A DNA stretch of 64,000 nucleotides from Rhizophagus irregularis (GCF_026210795.1 NC_089430.1:1426001-1490000); one strand, 5' to 3'. Counted from the first letter of the stretch, positions 1 to 14,296 are shown. Made by a program: numbers and translations. Notes: a model not told the origin generated them from the letters alone.

Positions 1-1729
1 TTGAATAGTATAAATAAAAACCTGTTTCTAACCTTTATAACCTGGATGTAAAAAAAAACTTAGTAAATATAATGGATCTGCAAATTCAGCATAACGTTTA
101 TTGAATATTGCAATGGATTGACGACGAAAACACAATAATCATTTTCAGGTAAGGTTTTGATTGCAGCTCCAAGCTGAGCCAGTCCAAGCAAACAGTCAGC
201 AAGTGTACATGATTGTGATTCTAATGTTAAAATTGCTTTTTTGATAGGATGTAAAGCAAATGCTAATGCACGTACATCATCAAAAAAAGCACGAGATCGT
301 AATATTGTTAAAATTGCTTGTGGAAGAAGGTTTTCATAATCTGTTTGTAACTTTAAAAAAATACATTTCAATTAGTTAACTGTTATTATATAAAAATTAA
401 TGTAAATTAAAAGATGTATAATAATATAATTACCTTCTCCAAAACTTCTTTATGACGCCTAATAGAATCAACACAATCAAACATGGTGTGCCATTGGGTA
501 TTAACCCATCTTTTTAACCCACCTCCGCTTATATTACAAATTTTGGCCTCTTTTTTTAAAGCTGCACCTAATGAATACCACTTTTGTTAATGATTATTTG
601 CTAAATAAAAACAAAAAAAAGCAAAAAATTTATATAAAATATTACCTCCTTGATGACTTTTTTTGAAGTAAGTTACAATTGTATTGCATCGAGTTAGAAT
701 TTTATTTGCAAAAGAAGTATTGCATATATCCTTGGAAATTAGATTAATTGAATGAGCAATACAATGAACATTAAGGATATTTGGATATTTTTCAGTAATT
801 ATCTTATGAGCATTTTGAATATTTGCCCCTGCATCTGACACTATTGCACAAAATTTTTCAGAGCCAATTTGCTCAATCACTTCTTCCAATTCTTTCGCTA
901 AAAACATACCAGTATGGCTTTCATCTGATAAGTTTTTTAAACACCACAAATATTCTTTACAAGCTGGTGTATGGATGAGAAAATTCCAAATTGATTCATT
1001 TGCTGCATTGGTCCATCCATCGCATGCTTTAAATTTTAAAATTTTGAAAAATGAAAAAAATGTTATCATTAATATAATTTTCATATTTATATAAAATTGT
1101 TATCTGTTACTTACACAATGTTAAATTTGTAGAATTGTTTAATTCTTTTTATTTGCAACAGCCACTTCTTGCGTAAAAAGTTGGTTAGAAAGTATTTCAC
1201 AAGAAGGTGGTACATATCCTGGACGTAATGTTCTTACAAATTCTACAAAAAATGGATTTTTGATAATATGCCAGGGTATACTACATATGACAAAAGCTTT
1301 TACACACGCCCGATCAATTTCATGACTTTTTTCTGGAGAGAGCTTTGAACTTTCATGAAAATCTGTTATTCTTGTTTGGCTTTGTTCAGTTCTCCCATTA
1401 TTATTGAATTTTCGTCTTTTATTTGATGGATTTTCAGCTTTTGCAGCAAGTCTGTTTAGAAATAACTGTTTCACTTCTATTGGAACCTTTAAACAGTCAT
1501 TAGCAAAGTGTGCCTCTAAATTTTGGGGTGAACCTTTATGCCAAAAAGTGTTACAATATAAACAAGTAGCCTCATAGTGACCATCTGATACTTGTTTACC
1601 CTGTTTAGCGTAAGTTCCCCATACAAGTGACTTGGGCCTACCACCCAAATTTTTTGATTTTTTATTTTCTTCACATTGTAGTAAATCATCTTCTGGTAAA
1701 AACTCTTGATATTCTAGTTCACCTAACAT
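1..1729 (-). pseudogene. Degraded hAT-family transposase (BED zinc finger plus DUF659/RNase H-like core), spliced, runs off the window start
   Basis: BED finger (VWGTY..ATCLYC..W..LEAHFANDC), CDGWTN, VSDAGANI, HCIAHSINL (CxxH) and NTQWHTMFDC (TRW-like). Frameshift near 1140. GT-AG introns near 1112, 645 and 433. Confidence 0.85.
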
Positions 1730-1801
1730 TTTGCACGTCTACCGCGTCAAAAATTTAACTACGCGTCAAAATTTAAAGCTGCAGTTTCCGCAGTTTATAT
1801 A

Positions 1802-4377
1802 CAGTCGTCCCCCTCTATAGTCACACCTCTTGGGACCACACAATGCTGTGACTATAGAGAGGTGTGCTTATATGAGACTTTTACAATATAGTCACATATA
1901 TATAAAATTTTTGTATTAGCGTGACTATAAATTTTTTTTTTATTTGTTATTTTTATATAATAATCTTTATTTTAAAATTAAATATAATTATATAACATGA
2001 TAAAAATAAAGCACGTTGCCTTCTAATATGTATATCAAATCCGATTTTATTATTTTACGCTATTATAACTATTATAACTATTATAACTAATAAAAGTATT
2101 ACATCTCGCAATTATTAAAAATTATATTAATGTTATTTACCTATCAAAAAAACCATCAAGTGTACTTTGCTTTTTTGCATTGATCTCTCTAACTCTAATT
2201 ACTCGTAAGTATTTTCTAAAAATACGCAAATCACCAATATTAAACTCGGAATCTTCTTGTTGTTCAAAATAATTAACAAAAGTTTCCAACCCATTAATTG
2301 CTTTTTTCACTGATATCAGAGGAATTTCTTCATTTTCGTCATCATCTTCACTTTCTTCTACTTGATTTTCTTCATTTCGCACCATATCAATAATTTGCTC
2401 TTCAGTAAGGTGCTCTTCAGTTGGAATTTCACGATCAAGCAACTGAAAATATTCCAATACATCAGCAGTTTCTTCCGGCAAATTAATAAGAAGATTTTCA
2501 AGTTCATCATCATCTAAATCTTCTTCATCCGTATTATCATCATCACAAGATGGAAGTATACCTGTTTTGATCCAACAATTTTGAATTGTTGTTGGAGTGA
2601 CATTATTCCATGATTCAGCAATATAATCAATTGCCTCCTTAATGTTTAACTTATTTCTAAATAAAATAATAAATTAATAACATTAATAGAAAAATAATGT
2701 TAATTTTTTAAACTTACTTAACATGATCAACTCCAGAATCAAACTGCCGAATTAAATGTCTACAAAATTCTTGTTTATATTTAGCTTTAAAACTATGGAT
2801 AATACCTGCATCCATAGGTTGGAGATGAGCGGTTGTATTTGGTGGAAGATAAACAAGCTCAATATTAGTAAGATCAACAGCAGGTTTTTCTTTTTTCTTT
2901 TGTTTTTTAGATTCTTGTTCGTCATCAGATTCTGAAATTTCTTCATCATCCATATCATCATTTTTTTTAAATCTTTTTGGATTAAAGTGGGATCCTGCAT
3001 TATCAATAAGAAGTAAAACTCTTCTATCCATTGTGCGAAAGTAATAGTCAAGGTGTTTAAGCCATTCAATGAAAATATCAGATCTCATCCATGCTTTTGA
3101 ATTGGCTCGATAAATGACTGGAAGAGTTGACTTGTTGAGATTTTTAAAACATCGGGGATTTAATGATTTTCCAATTACCAAAGGACGAATTTTATGAGAT
3201 CCTGTAGCATTAGCACAAAATAAAACAGAAACTCGGCTTTTGTCCTACAGAAAATAATTATTTTGTCAAAAAGTGATTACAGAAAAATAAAAAACATTTA
3301 AAGAGTTATTTTAACGAAAAATTATTACAATAAAAATTACCATTTTACGCCCCGCAACTGCACCAGTACTCAATGTTTGGTTTGGCTCCATTCGGAAAAA
3401 AAGCCCAGTTTCATCTGCATTATAAATATCTTCCTTGTCATACTTAGCTAAAAGTGCACGAAGACGTACACGTTCTTCTGGAAGAGTTTCTATAGGGGCA
3501 CTATTGGCCTCACCTGAAAACTTAACTCTTTGAAGTCCATTCCGTTTTTTGAATCTGTACACCCAACCATTAGTAAATTTTATTTGATTTTCTCCAATAT
3601 TTAACATTTGTGCAAGTTCTATTCCTTTTTGTTGTAAAATCATATCAGTTAAAGGAAGTCCAGCGGTCACTGCTTGTGCTGTCCAAATTTGCAAGGCCTT
3701 ATCAAGTTCTGGATACTGAACTGAGCGATGACGAAATGTACATGCAGTCTGTGAAGTTGAAAGAACTGCCATCCACTTTTCACGATTTTGCCATATTTTT
3801 GATACAGTTGATCTATCAATGTTTAATTCATTATATTTTGTATTAAAGTAAAGTGCAACTTCTTCCTGTTTCACATTACTATTTGCCATTATATATTCAC
3901 ATATTTCTTTTTTTATTTCATTACTAATGGCAGAACGAATTCTCCTTGCTTTTTGTAAACGTATAGGTGGCATTATATTAGATATAAAAAAAAGTGAAAA
4001 AGATAGTTTTTGTAAAAGGATGAATTTATGTAATGAAAAAAGTTTGAAATCGAAAAATAAAACATTTTCAAATAAAAATTGTAAAGAAAAAGTTCGAAAC
4101 ATGTGGTGATTATCAACTTAAAAGGAAAATTCATTTTATGCACAAAACGCGCGATATATTTTCCGAATACATTGTTAATCACGTGATATGACTATATAAG
4201 GGGAAATTTTCATATGTTAATTATTATATCGGGACTAACTATTAGTGTGATAGTGACTATAATCGATTTGTGACTACAAAAGGGGCATTTTAATATTTAA
4301 AAAAACGGGACTTGACAATGATATGACTAAATAGGGGGTGTTCTTATATAGGGGGTGACTATAGAGGGGGACGACTG
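1802..4377 (-). mobile_element. Complete pogo/Tigger-like DNA transposon
   Basis: Perfect 23-bp TIR CAGTCGTCCCCCTCTATAGTCAC at 1802 and inverted, ending at 4377. TA on both flanks (1800-1801, 4378-4379). Confidence 0.95.
2137..3973 (-). CDS. pogo transposase (CENP-B-type HTH plus DDE_1), 3 exons (3973-3341, 3244-2718, 2656-2137), 559 aa, apparently intact
   Basis: Hand-spliced at GT-AG sites into one open frame. Motifs: FTNGWVYRFKKRNGL, YNADETGLF, LLIDNAGSH, LQPMDAGII, WNNVTPTTIQNCW. Confidence 0.92.
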
Positions 4378-4379
4378 TA

Positions 4380-4558
4380 TTTAGATAGGATGATCATTTT
4401 CCTTTTTTAGGTTTCGGAGGTTATGGAAGTTACGGAAGTTTCATCAAATTTTGGAGGTTTTGGCAGTTTCAGATTTTTAACCAATGGCGAAACTAGTTTC
4501 GTCAAGTTTCGGAAGTTTTGCCTGCAAATAGGTTTCGGTTTCGCCCGAAACATTACTG
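4380..4558 (-). mobile_element. Probable 5' terminus and subterminal region of the hAT element, displaced by the pogo insertion
   Basis: Repeated GTTTCGG/GGAAGTT subterminal motifs ending in ...CCCGAAACATTACTG (CAGTAATGTTTCGGG on the minus strand). The partner TIR is outside the window. Confidence 0.5.
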
Positions 4559-5287
4559 TGAGCATTAACTAGATTGTGAAAACAACATAGTTAAAATTTC
4601 GTTTATTGCAGTGATATTATTGCTTAGTGATTTCTTTTGCAATTTTTATTTCTGCAGGTTTCCCTATTTTCTGCAAGTTTTGAGTTAAACATCTTTAGGC
4701 TTTAGCCCTATAATAATACGTAAATTCAAATAATGGTTTAGTTATTGTAGTAGGTGTCTTTCAAAATAGAATTCTATTATAGAGAAAACAAGCCAACTTT
4801 TCATTTAAAAAAACAATTTTGTATTCATAATAATGCGGATATGAAAAGAAAGCTTTGAATAATAGCTTAAATAATACGCAAAATTACTGTATATTTAGTA
4901 GATCAGTAGTTACTACAACTGCCCCGTTCACATGCTCAAAAATCACATGCCTGAGCTTTTTTTGATGGTAATACTGGGAAGATCAATTGGATACGTTCCA
5001 ATAATTTAGAACGGATATTTTATTAATTTGGTATTTGTGATTAGAAAGAATTACTTGTGAAATTGTATCGAATCAGGGCTAGTGTTCATATGATAATCAT
5101 TTGTGTATATTTTAAGATGTCAGTGGATGATCAACTAAACTCACTAAAACTATGAATGATCATTTGGCTGGTTAAAATATTCTTTTTTTAGTATCTCATT
5201 GATCGATATATTAAAATAAAAAAAAAACTTTAATTTGAAATAAAATTAAACTTTTTCACAATATTAATAAATTTCAAAAATAACCAA

Positions 5288-8200
5288 ATGGAAACTAAAA
5301 TAAATATCTCAGATAAAGATACTGATATAGTAAATACTAAGAATTGTAAATATTGCAATAAACCTTTTACTGATGAAGAATTATGGTGTAAAGAATGTAT
5401 TAATACTTTAGAAAATTTAGCAAAAAGTGGAAATGCCAATTTAATGTTTCACTTAGCAATATGTTATAGAAATGGTAAAAGAACAGGAAATAATTTAGAA
5501 AAATCCTTTTATTGGTTTCATAAAGCAGCAGAAAATAATATTAAAGAAGCAATATTTGGTTTAGCCATATGTTATGAAAATGGAGAAGGAACAGAAAAAA
5601 ATTTAGAAAAAGCATTTCATTGGTATCAAAAAGCAGCAGAAAAAGATCATATTAAAGCGATAATTAATTTAGCTGTATGTTATGAAGATGGAAAAGGAAC
5701 AGAAAAGAATTTAGAAAAAGCCCTTCATTTGTATCAAAAAGCAGCAAAAAAAGGTGATATTATAGCTAGTGCCTCAACCCGTATCTGGATCAATCCGGAT
5801 TGATCCGGATTTTTTTTTTTTTGGATATCCGGATTTTCACGGTTTTCATCCGGATTATAAACCGGATGAAAAATATCCGGTTTGACCCGGAATCCGGATG
5901 AAATTTTTATTATTTTTTTTTTAATTAATAATGATTTTGCTGATCCTATATCTAAATTATATTATGGCTAATTATTTTTGCTCCTAATACCAATTTTTTT
6001 ATTAAAATTTATTAAATTTATATTTGTTATATTAAACTTTTTAATACAGTAAGTTTAAGAAGATTTTTCAATTATAATTTATTTATTGAAGTTTGTATCA
6101 GATTTGTTTATTTAAATTTATACATTAACAAATAACAAATAATTTTAGATTTCACATTCAAACATTCAAAAGAAAAAAACTTTATATTATTTTTGTTACA
6201 ACAAAATAATAATTATTGTTTTAAATGAAAAATTGTTCAATATTATAAATTTATATAATTATAACAACTTTTTTTAAAAATTAAAACTAGTGTTATATAA
6301 TTTGATTCAAATGATTCTTTAATTTTTGAAAGAAGAAACAAATCCTTAAAAAATTGCCTTACTAACCCAACACATCTATTTATAGTAATCTTTAGCTGTA
6401 TATAAAAATATCTTGTTTAAAATTTCATAATTAAACAATATTCTGAGACAATGCTGAAATAATATGAAATTGTTTTAAAGAAAAGTATTTAATGAAATTG
6501 GAATTATGTAAATTTCGTGGTCTTGGATAATTTTGGCCAAATTTGTAATTCTGGCCGAAATTAACATCACGTGACACCGGAAAATAGTTTAGCCACCGGG
6601 CAAAAAATTTTTTATCGGCTGGCATGAAAATTTAATGTTACACAATTTGTAATTCTGGCCCGCGTTATGAATTCTGGCCAGAATTATTACTGATCATTTG
6701 TAAATCCAATCCAGTTTCTGGTTTCTATCCGGATTATCTGATTCAGATTCAAAATCTGGGTCAATCCAGATATAATCCGGATTTTTTTTTTGTGTAATCC
6801 GGATGACGGTTTTCATCCGGGTCGAAGCACTAATTATAGCAATGTTTAATTCAGCTAAACATTATGAAATCGGAAAAGGAACAGAAAAGAATTTAGAAAA
6901 AGCCTTTTATTGGTACCAAAAAACAGCAGAGAATGGTGTTAAAGAAGCAATGTTTAATTTAGCTGCATTTTATGAAAATGGAAAAGGGACAGAAAAGAAT
7001 TTTGAAAAAGCCTTTTATTGGTATCAAAAAGCAGCAGAACAAGGTGATATTATAGCAATATATAATTTAGCTATATTTTATAAAAATGGAGAAGGAACAG
7101 AAAAGAATTTAGAAAAAGCATTTCATTGGTTTCATAAAGTAGCAGAAAATGATATAAAAGAAGCAATGTTTAATTTAGCTGTATGCTATGAAAATGGAGA
7201 GGGAACAGAAAAGAATTTAGAAAAAGCATTTTATTGGTATCAGAAAACAGCAGAAAAAGATGATATTGATGCAATAATTGAATTAGCTATATGTTATGAA
7301 GATGGAAAAGGAACAGAAAGGAATTTAGAAAAAGCCTTTTATTGGTTTCATAACAGCAGAAAATGATATAAAAGAAGCAATATTTAATTAAGCAAATAAA
7401 TATAGAGATGGAGAAGGAACAGAAAAGAATTTAGAAAAAGCCTTTTATTGGTATCAAAAAGCAGCAGAAAAAGGTGATATTAATGCAATGTTTAATTTAG
7501 CTATATTTTGTGAAAACGGAAAAGGAACAGAAAAGAATTTAGAAAAAGCCTTTTATTGGTGTCAGAAAGCAATGCATAATCTAGCCTTATATTATGAAAA
7601 TAATAAAGGAACAGAAAAGAATTTAGAAAAAGCCTTTTATTGGTACCAAAAAGCAGCAGAACAAGGTGATATTGTAGCAATGTATAATTTAGCTATATGT
7701 TATAAAAATGGAGATGGAACAGATAAGAATTTAGAAAAAGCCTTTCATTTGTATCAAAAAGCAGCAGAAAAAGGATATATTGATGCAGTATTTAATTTAG
7801 CAAATAAATATAAAGATGGAGAAGGAACAGAAAAGAATTTAGAAAAAGCCTTTTATTGGTATCAAAAAGCAGCAGAAAAAGGTGATATTAGTGCAATGTT
7901 TAATTTAGCTATGATATTTTATGAAAGTGGAAAAGAAACAGAAAAGAATTTTGAAAAAGCATTTCATTGGTATCAGAAAGCAGTAGAAAAAGATCATATT
8001 AAAGCAATGACTTACTTAGCCATATGTTATGTATATGGAAAAGGAACGGAAAAGAATTTAGAAAAAGCTTTTTATTGTATCAAAAAGCAGCAGAAAATGA
8101 TGATGAAATAGCATTGTTTAATTTAGCTATATGTTATGAAAATGGAGAAGGAACAGAAAAGAATTTAGAAAAAGCATTTCATTGTTACCAGAAAGCAGCA

Positions 8201-9854
8201 GAAAAAGATCATATTAAAGCAATGTTCTATTTAGCAGTATGTTATGAAAATGGAGAAGGTACAGAAAAGAATTTAGAAAAGGCCTTTTATTGGTATCAAA
8301 AAGCAGCAGAAAATGGTAATAAAGAAGCAATGCTTAGTTTAGCAAATAAGTATGAAAATGAAAATGGAACAGAAAAGAATTTAGAAAAAGCTTTTTATTG
8401 GCATCAAAAAATAGCAGTAAGTAATGAAATTAGTTTTGAAAATGAAGTTGTACTGTGTAATGAATGCAAACAACCATATATTGAATACAAGTGGTGTTAA
8501 CAATGCAATACTAAACGATTTCAACAAGATTTTTCACAGTGGACTAGTAAAAATGAATTTATTAAGAAATTTATTCAAGAAGCACAACTCAGTGCTAAAA
8601 ATATTTATGAAATTTTAGAATGGATACCTTACAATAAATTATCGAGTGTTAATTATTATGATAAAGGGGGATTTAGTGAAATTCATAAGGCTATCTGGTC
8701 AGATGGACCTATTTTTGGTTGGAATTCTGACAAACAACAATGGAATAGACAAACAAATTATAATGTTATTCTTAAAATACTTAATAATTCATCAAGTTTA
8801 GATAGTAAATTTTTGGACGAGGTATAGTATTTTTACATTTAATAGAAAATTTTACTTTCTTTTATTTACAAAAATTTAATAATTGTTTTATTATTTATGC
8901 AGTGGAAATATCATTATAATTGTCAGAAAAAATCATTTTCAAAATTTATTCAATTTTTTGGATTTACTCAAGATCCAAATAATTTAAATTATATAATAGT
9001 AATGAGTTATGCAAAAAAAGGAAGTTTGAGAAAATGTTTATCTGATATAATTAAATTTAAATGGCAAGACAAGTTACAATTATTGAAAGAAATTATCTTG
9101 GGACTTAAAGTAATCCATGAATCAAATTTAACTCATGGTGATTTTCATGATGGTAACATTTTAATTTCGGATAATCACAATGAAATTTTTATTATTGATT
9201 TAGGATTATGTAAACCTATAAGTGATTTTCAAGATTCTGATAATAATGAAATATATGGCGTTTTACCTTATATGGATCCTGAAATATTAAGAAATAAACC
9301 TTATACTCCAGCAAGTGATATTTATAGTTTTTCAATGGTAATGTGGGAATTTACATCAGGCATTCCTCCATTTAATCGTGAAGCACATGATCGAGATCTG
9401 ATCTTGAATATTTGTGAAGGAAAACGTCCTGTAATTGTAAAAAATACTCCAAAATGTTATATAGACTTAATGAAAAAATGTTGGGATTCAAATCCTTCCA
9501 ATAGACCAACTATGATAATGCTTGAACATATTATATCTGAATGGATTAGATGTGTTGATAAATATTATGAAATTAACAGTGATGGAAATTATCAATATAT
9601 ATAGATTTAATATTACTAATCAATTAGAAAATGATATGTTAGAATTTGTAGAAGCAAACAAAGCTTTAGTACAAGAACAAGCAAATACTTCTAATAATAA
9701 AATTGATAATCAATTAGAAAATGATATGTTGGAAACTTCAGTACAAGAACAAGCGAATACTTCCATTATACAATCTCATTCACAGGCATATTATACAAGT
9801 CGAAAACTTACTGAAATTTTATTACAAGATAAGTCTGAATGTTGGGAATGTTAA
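5288..9854 (+). pseudogene. SEL1-repeat (about 18) plus TKL-type kinase gene, disrupted
   Basis: 36-aa repeats (G.GTEKNLEKAFYWYQKAAE). Kinase motifs HGDFHDGN, IDLGLC and GVLPYMDPE after intron 8822-8902. Lesions: MITE insertion, frameshifts near 7350, 8075 and 9600, and in-frame TAA at 7389 and 8498. Confidence 0.9.
5767..6832. mobile_element. Non-autonomous hAT-type element (1066 bp) inserted in a SEL1 exon
   Basis: TIR TAGTGC(C/T)TC(A/G)ACCCG. Exact 8-bp TSD ATTATAGC (5759-5766, 6833-6840). Subterminal ATCCGGAT repeats. Removal restores the frame KGDIIA-MFNSA. Confidence 0.95.
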
Positions 9855-10194
9855 GTTAAAGATTAATAATTCTGTTATTTATTCTTTATTTGTTGAATTA
9901 TTTATCAGTTATTATATTTATCAGTTACTATTATATATATTAGTTATTATATTTATCAGTTATTATATTTTATCAGTTATTATATAGGAATATTTATATG
10001 ATTATGTGCCTTTAATTCTTTTACTTTATTGTAAAAACTGTAAACATTATTAAATACAGTATGATAAATTATTGAAATTACAAAATCCATCAGTATATAT
10101 GTTATACACAATAAGATAAGCCTGTTATTTCATGGATATCCAATAAAAACTAAATATACACTAATGCTTCTCTGGCTCCCAATACATCAGTAAA

Positions 10195-10520
10195 TATTTT
10201 TAGTTTTGTTGGCCAAAATTAATCATAATTTTCAGTGAATTTTTTTTACCAGAATTAATGATAATTTTTGATTACTTTTTTGAGTTAAAAATCTAATTTA
10301 AAGGTGGTAATACAGAATTACATTTTTAGTTTTGTTGGCCAAAATTAACCATAATTTTCATTGAATTTTTTTTTACCAGAATTAATGAATTACATTATTT
10401 TTAGTTTTGTTGGCCAAAATTAACCATAATTTTCAGTGAATTTTTTCTACCAGAATTAATGATAATTTTTTTTTTTGGTTTATTAGCCGTAAATATTTTT
10501 TTACCAGAATTAACGATAAT
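10195..10520. repeat. Degenerate tandem repeat (3-4 copies)
   Basis: Unit TTTTAGTTTTGTTGGCCAAAATTAACCATAATTTTCAGTGAATTTTTTTTACCAGAATTAATGA recurs near 10198, 10324 and 10399, plus a partial copy. Confidence 0.75.
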
Positions 10521-12549
10521 TTTTAATTAGTTTTTGAATGAGATTCGTATCTAACATCTTAAATTCCTCAAATAAATTCTCTATCAAAATTCTCCACCAA
10601 AATTCTTTATCACAAAAAAAAAAAAAATCTCTCCTAGTGAATAAATTCTCTATTGAAATTCTCTATCAAAGAAATTCTAATATATTTGATTAAATTTGCT
10701 AATTTACCATTTGATTGGTCGAATTTTTAATGTTAAAATTCTTAGAACTCTGCAGATAAGATAGAATTGTTTAGTTTCCGCTTAATACACATCTCTTATT
10801 ACCAAAAATACTTTTACTCATAACAGTACAATGAATTTTTATATTTGTAATTCTGGAATTAAAAGTTAATAGGCTAAAAAATTACCCAGAGATCTGGCGC
10901 CTAACACACATTACTTATGCTTACAATGAATTCAATATTTTGTTTATAATTTTTGTGAAGCCAATGTAAATATCAACACAAATACTGTATAACTTCCGCG
11001 TACATAGTACCGTGAACCATTACAAGTCTAAAAAAGACGATTAATGGTTTAATTAAACAATAATAATTTTTGTTTCACATAATTTATCATATTTATAGAG
11101 AAATTAAGTGAAATTCGATCTCATGTCGTAATTTTAACGTAACGCGTGCTAGCGCCTAGCGACGGAATTCTCTCGTGACCTGACTTTACCTGTTACTCGT
11201 AAAAATATTATAGTTCTTCGCTCCAGGCTTCGGTCAAAAAATTTAAATAAAATTCATAAAAAGTAACACTAAAAATGCAAGAATGAAACATATTTAATAA
11301 GACGCGACTAATGCATATGTCCTTCGAACAATTAAACACGTGGTTAAAATTGTAGGTCATTCTTTTTTGAATTAATTCCAAATAGCATTACATAATGCCA
11401 GTTTAGAATGAACTAAAAATGCGCTGCAGGATTACCGTTGATCATTTTCCAAGAACTAATTTTTCATTTTTTTTCATTCCTTTTTTTTTCTTTTTTTGAG
11501 GGTCATAAAAAACAATTATGAACAAATAAGTTTATTAATAAAAATTTTTATCTAATTAAAACTAGAAATGAACGTATATTTCTTTGCTTTAACTATATTT
11601 TTTTTTGAGAATTTATCTTTTCAAATATATACGTTTGACCGATTGTATGTTTTTAAATTATTGCTTTCACTTTACCCAAATCAAGATCGTCATTAATTAA
11701 TATACAGTACTTGGAATTTGTTTTAACGCAGATCGTTATAGTAATATCTTATAAAATTGTTATGACCTAATTTTTCCGACAAGAAACTCCAATAAAAATT
11801 CAAGTAATTATTAAATTTGTTTTTAATGTAATAATTTTCAGTAAAACTCAAATAATAATACACTATCTTCGATACAATGAACTTAATTAGCACTATTATG
11901 CCAATCATTTTGCTTATCCTTAAACCTTAAATACCAGATACATTAATAAGTTGGGGTACATGCCCCAATTGCCCCACGACATTTTGTCTTTAATTGATTT
12001 AGATAAAATTCCGGTTCTGAACACAAAAGTAGCATGATAAAACATTTGACGGGTATAGAATAATTTACGATAATCGCTAATACAAAAAAATCACATTTCC
12101 GAAAATTTATGTCCCCATGGACCATACATAACAAAATTTAGCCATACCCGTTCGTTATCTTTCTTATCAAAGAAAAAAAAACTTGATTTATTATTAAAAT
12201 AACCTGTATTTTCGTCATTAAATAAATAACGTTTTTATTTATTTCATATGACAAAGAAAGTTCATTAGAAATTATAAAGAAATCGAAATTTCTTTATTAC
12301 CTTCCCATAAAAGAAATAAAATAAACAGGGGTGAATATATATGATATTTAAAGAGGTGAAAAACTTTAAAAACTTGAAATATGACAAGTTTTATTTTTTT
12401 TCAACGTTATACAACTGATCTACAAGAACAAATCATTCGACATCCACATGACTGTTTATCATGAAATAGGAATAAATTAACAGTTAATATTAATTTTTTT
12501 TTTTCTATTTTTCTTTTTACTTTTCGCAAATAATATTTCAATATTCACC

Positions 12550-14296
12550 ATGCCTGCTGATGAATTTGAGATTTGGATCGAGGGAGCCATTTCTAACACA
12601 CATATTAAACACTTCGATTATAAACATTTTCGAAATATTGAAGAAATCGGTAAAGGTGGATTTGGCAAGATATATCGTGCGAATTGGAAAAATTCGGAAC
12701 AACATTTAGCATTAAAATTGCTTTCAAATCTAGATGCTGTTGTTGCTAGGGAACTTGTTCATGAGGTAATTATAAATGTTTAATATTGTACCCAATAAAT
12801 TTTTTCTCTAAATGTACTTTATATTTATAATATAGTTAAAACTTCATCGTGATGTTGATTTTCATGACAATGTAATCCGTTTTTGTGGTGTTACGATAGG
12901 TAATAGATTATTTTAACAATAATATTTATTTTTAATTATATACTAAAGTTTACTCAAAAAATCTAATTTTATTAAAATAACTTCCTAAGATGATGACACG
13001 AACAAATATATGTTAGTGATGGAATACGCCGATGGTGGCACTCTCAAAGATTATTTGACAGAAAATTTTTATAATCTTTCTTGGAAAGTTAAATATAATT
13101 TATCTTTTCAATTGGCTAGCGCTATCTTATGTTTACATGATGAAGGCATCGTACATTGCGATTTAGTAAGTTCTTTTACATTCATACTCGTTGTATTTAT
13201 TAAAAAATTAAAAAATTGATAAATTAATATATTTTTTTATAATAGCATTGTGGTAATGTATTAATCCGTCAAGATACGCTTAAATTGGCAGATTTTGGAC
13301 TCTCAAAAAGAATTGATGATGCGTCAAATTCTTCAGAAAAGTTATTTGGCATAATTCCTTTTATTGATCCAGAAAAATTCGGAGGTTGTAGTCAAAATTA
13401 TAAACTAAATGAGAAAAGTGATGTCTATAGTGCTGGTGTATTGTTATGGGTGATATCGAGTGGCCAATATCCATTTAATAATAGAAAATATGATATTAAT
13501 TTGGCTATAGAAATTTCAAAAGGGTTAAGGGAAACCCCCATTACACAAACACCTGATGAATTTTTAAAAATTTATACCAGTAAGTAAAAAAAATTAAGCT
13601 TAGTCATAACATTTAAAGTAATAAAAATTTAATTTAAATTCATGTTTTTTTTTCTTAGAGTGTTGGGATGGTAAGCCAACAGAACGTCCAACAATGCAAC
13701 AAGTAGTTGCTAAATTAAAAGCAATCATCACAAAAACAAATGGGACAAATGGGACAAATGGGATAACAGAATATTCTCAAGTGGAAGATTCAAGCAGCAA
13801 TGTTATTGCAAATTCTGTTACTTCCGCTGCTACTTCAAGTATTAATAATTCCTTACATGGAGAATTATCTGGAATAATAGAAAATTTTGGTAACATGGAA
13901 TTAGAATCCAATAATAATTCTAGCGTTTCATCAAACATATCAACCATTGAAAAAGTTGTTAAGATATTGTCAACGGTTAATGACGCTGATGGTGTAATAA
14001 ATATAACTGTACCGTTTCCACCTCAAATAACTGCCGAAGAGATTTTAGATCGAAATAAAAAAAAAGAAAGAAAAAAAGTTCCAAACAAATTCATGATCTA
14101 CCGTATGGCGTATGCTAAGGAATTAAAGACACAAAATATAAGCAATATTAATTCATTTAATATATCTGTTCTCGCAGCTTCAAGATGGAGCAGTGAACCT
14201 GATGAAGTTAAACAAGCATATAAGGATATATCTAATAGAGTTCGTCAATTAGAAATTATTCGAAATTCTATTGATAGTAATACTGTTAATACGTAA
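12550..14296 (+). CDS. TKL-type kinase fused to a C-terminal MATA-type HMG box, copy 1; 5 exons (12550-12765, 12836-12899, 12990-13165, 13246-13579, 13659-14296), 475 aa
   Basis: [41 protein letters not shown]. The last exon runs in frame into [44 protein letters not shown]. Confidence 0.9.

Noticed and set aside
3974..4102. Hydrophobic N-terminal extension of the pogo ORF in the ORF track
   Set aside because: T-rich UTR-like sequence; the ATG at 3973 gives a normal HTH start.
10540..10765. Possible MITE with AAATTCTCT repeats
   Set aside because: Only about 10 bp of inverted match and no TSD.
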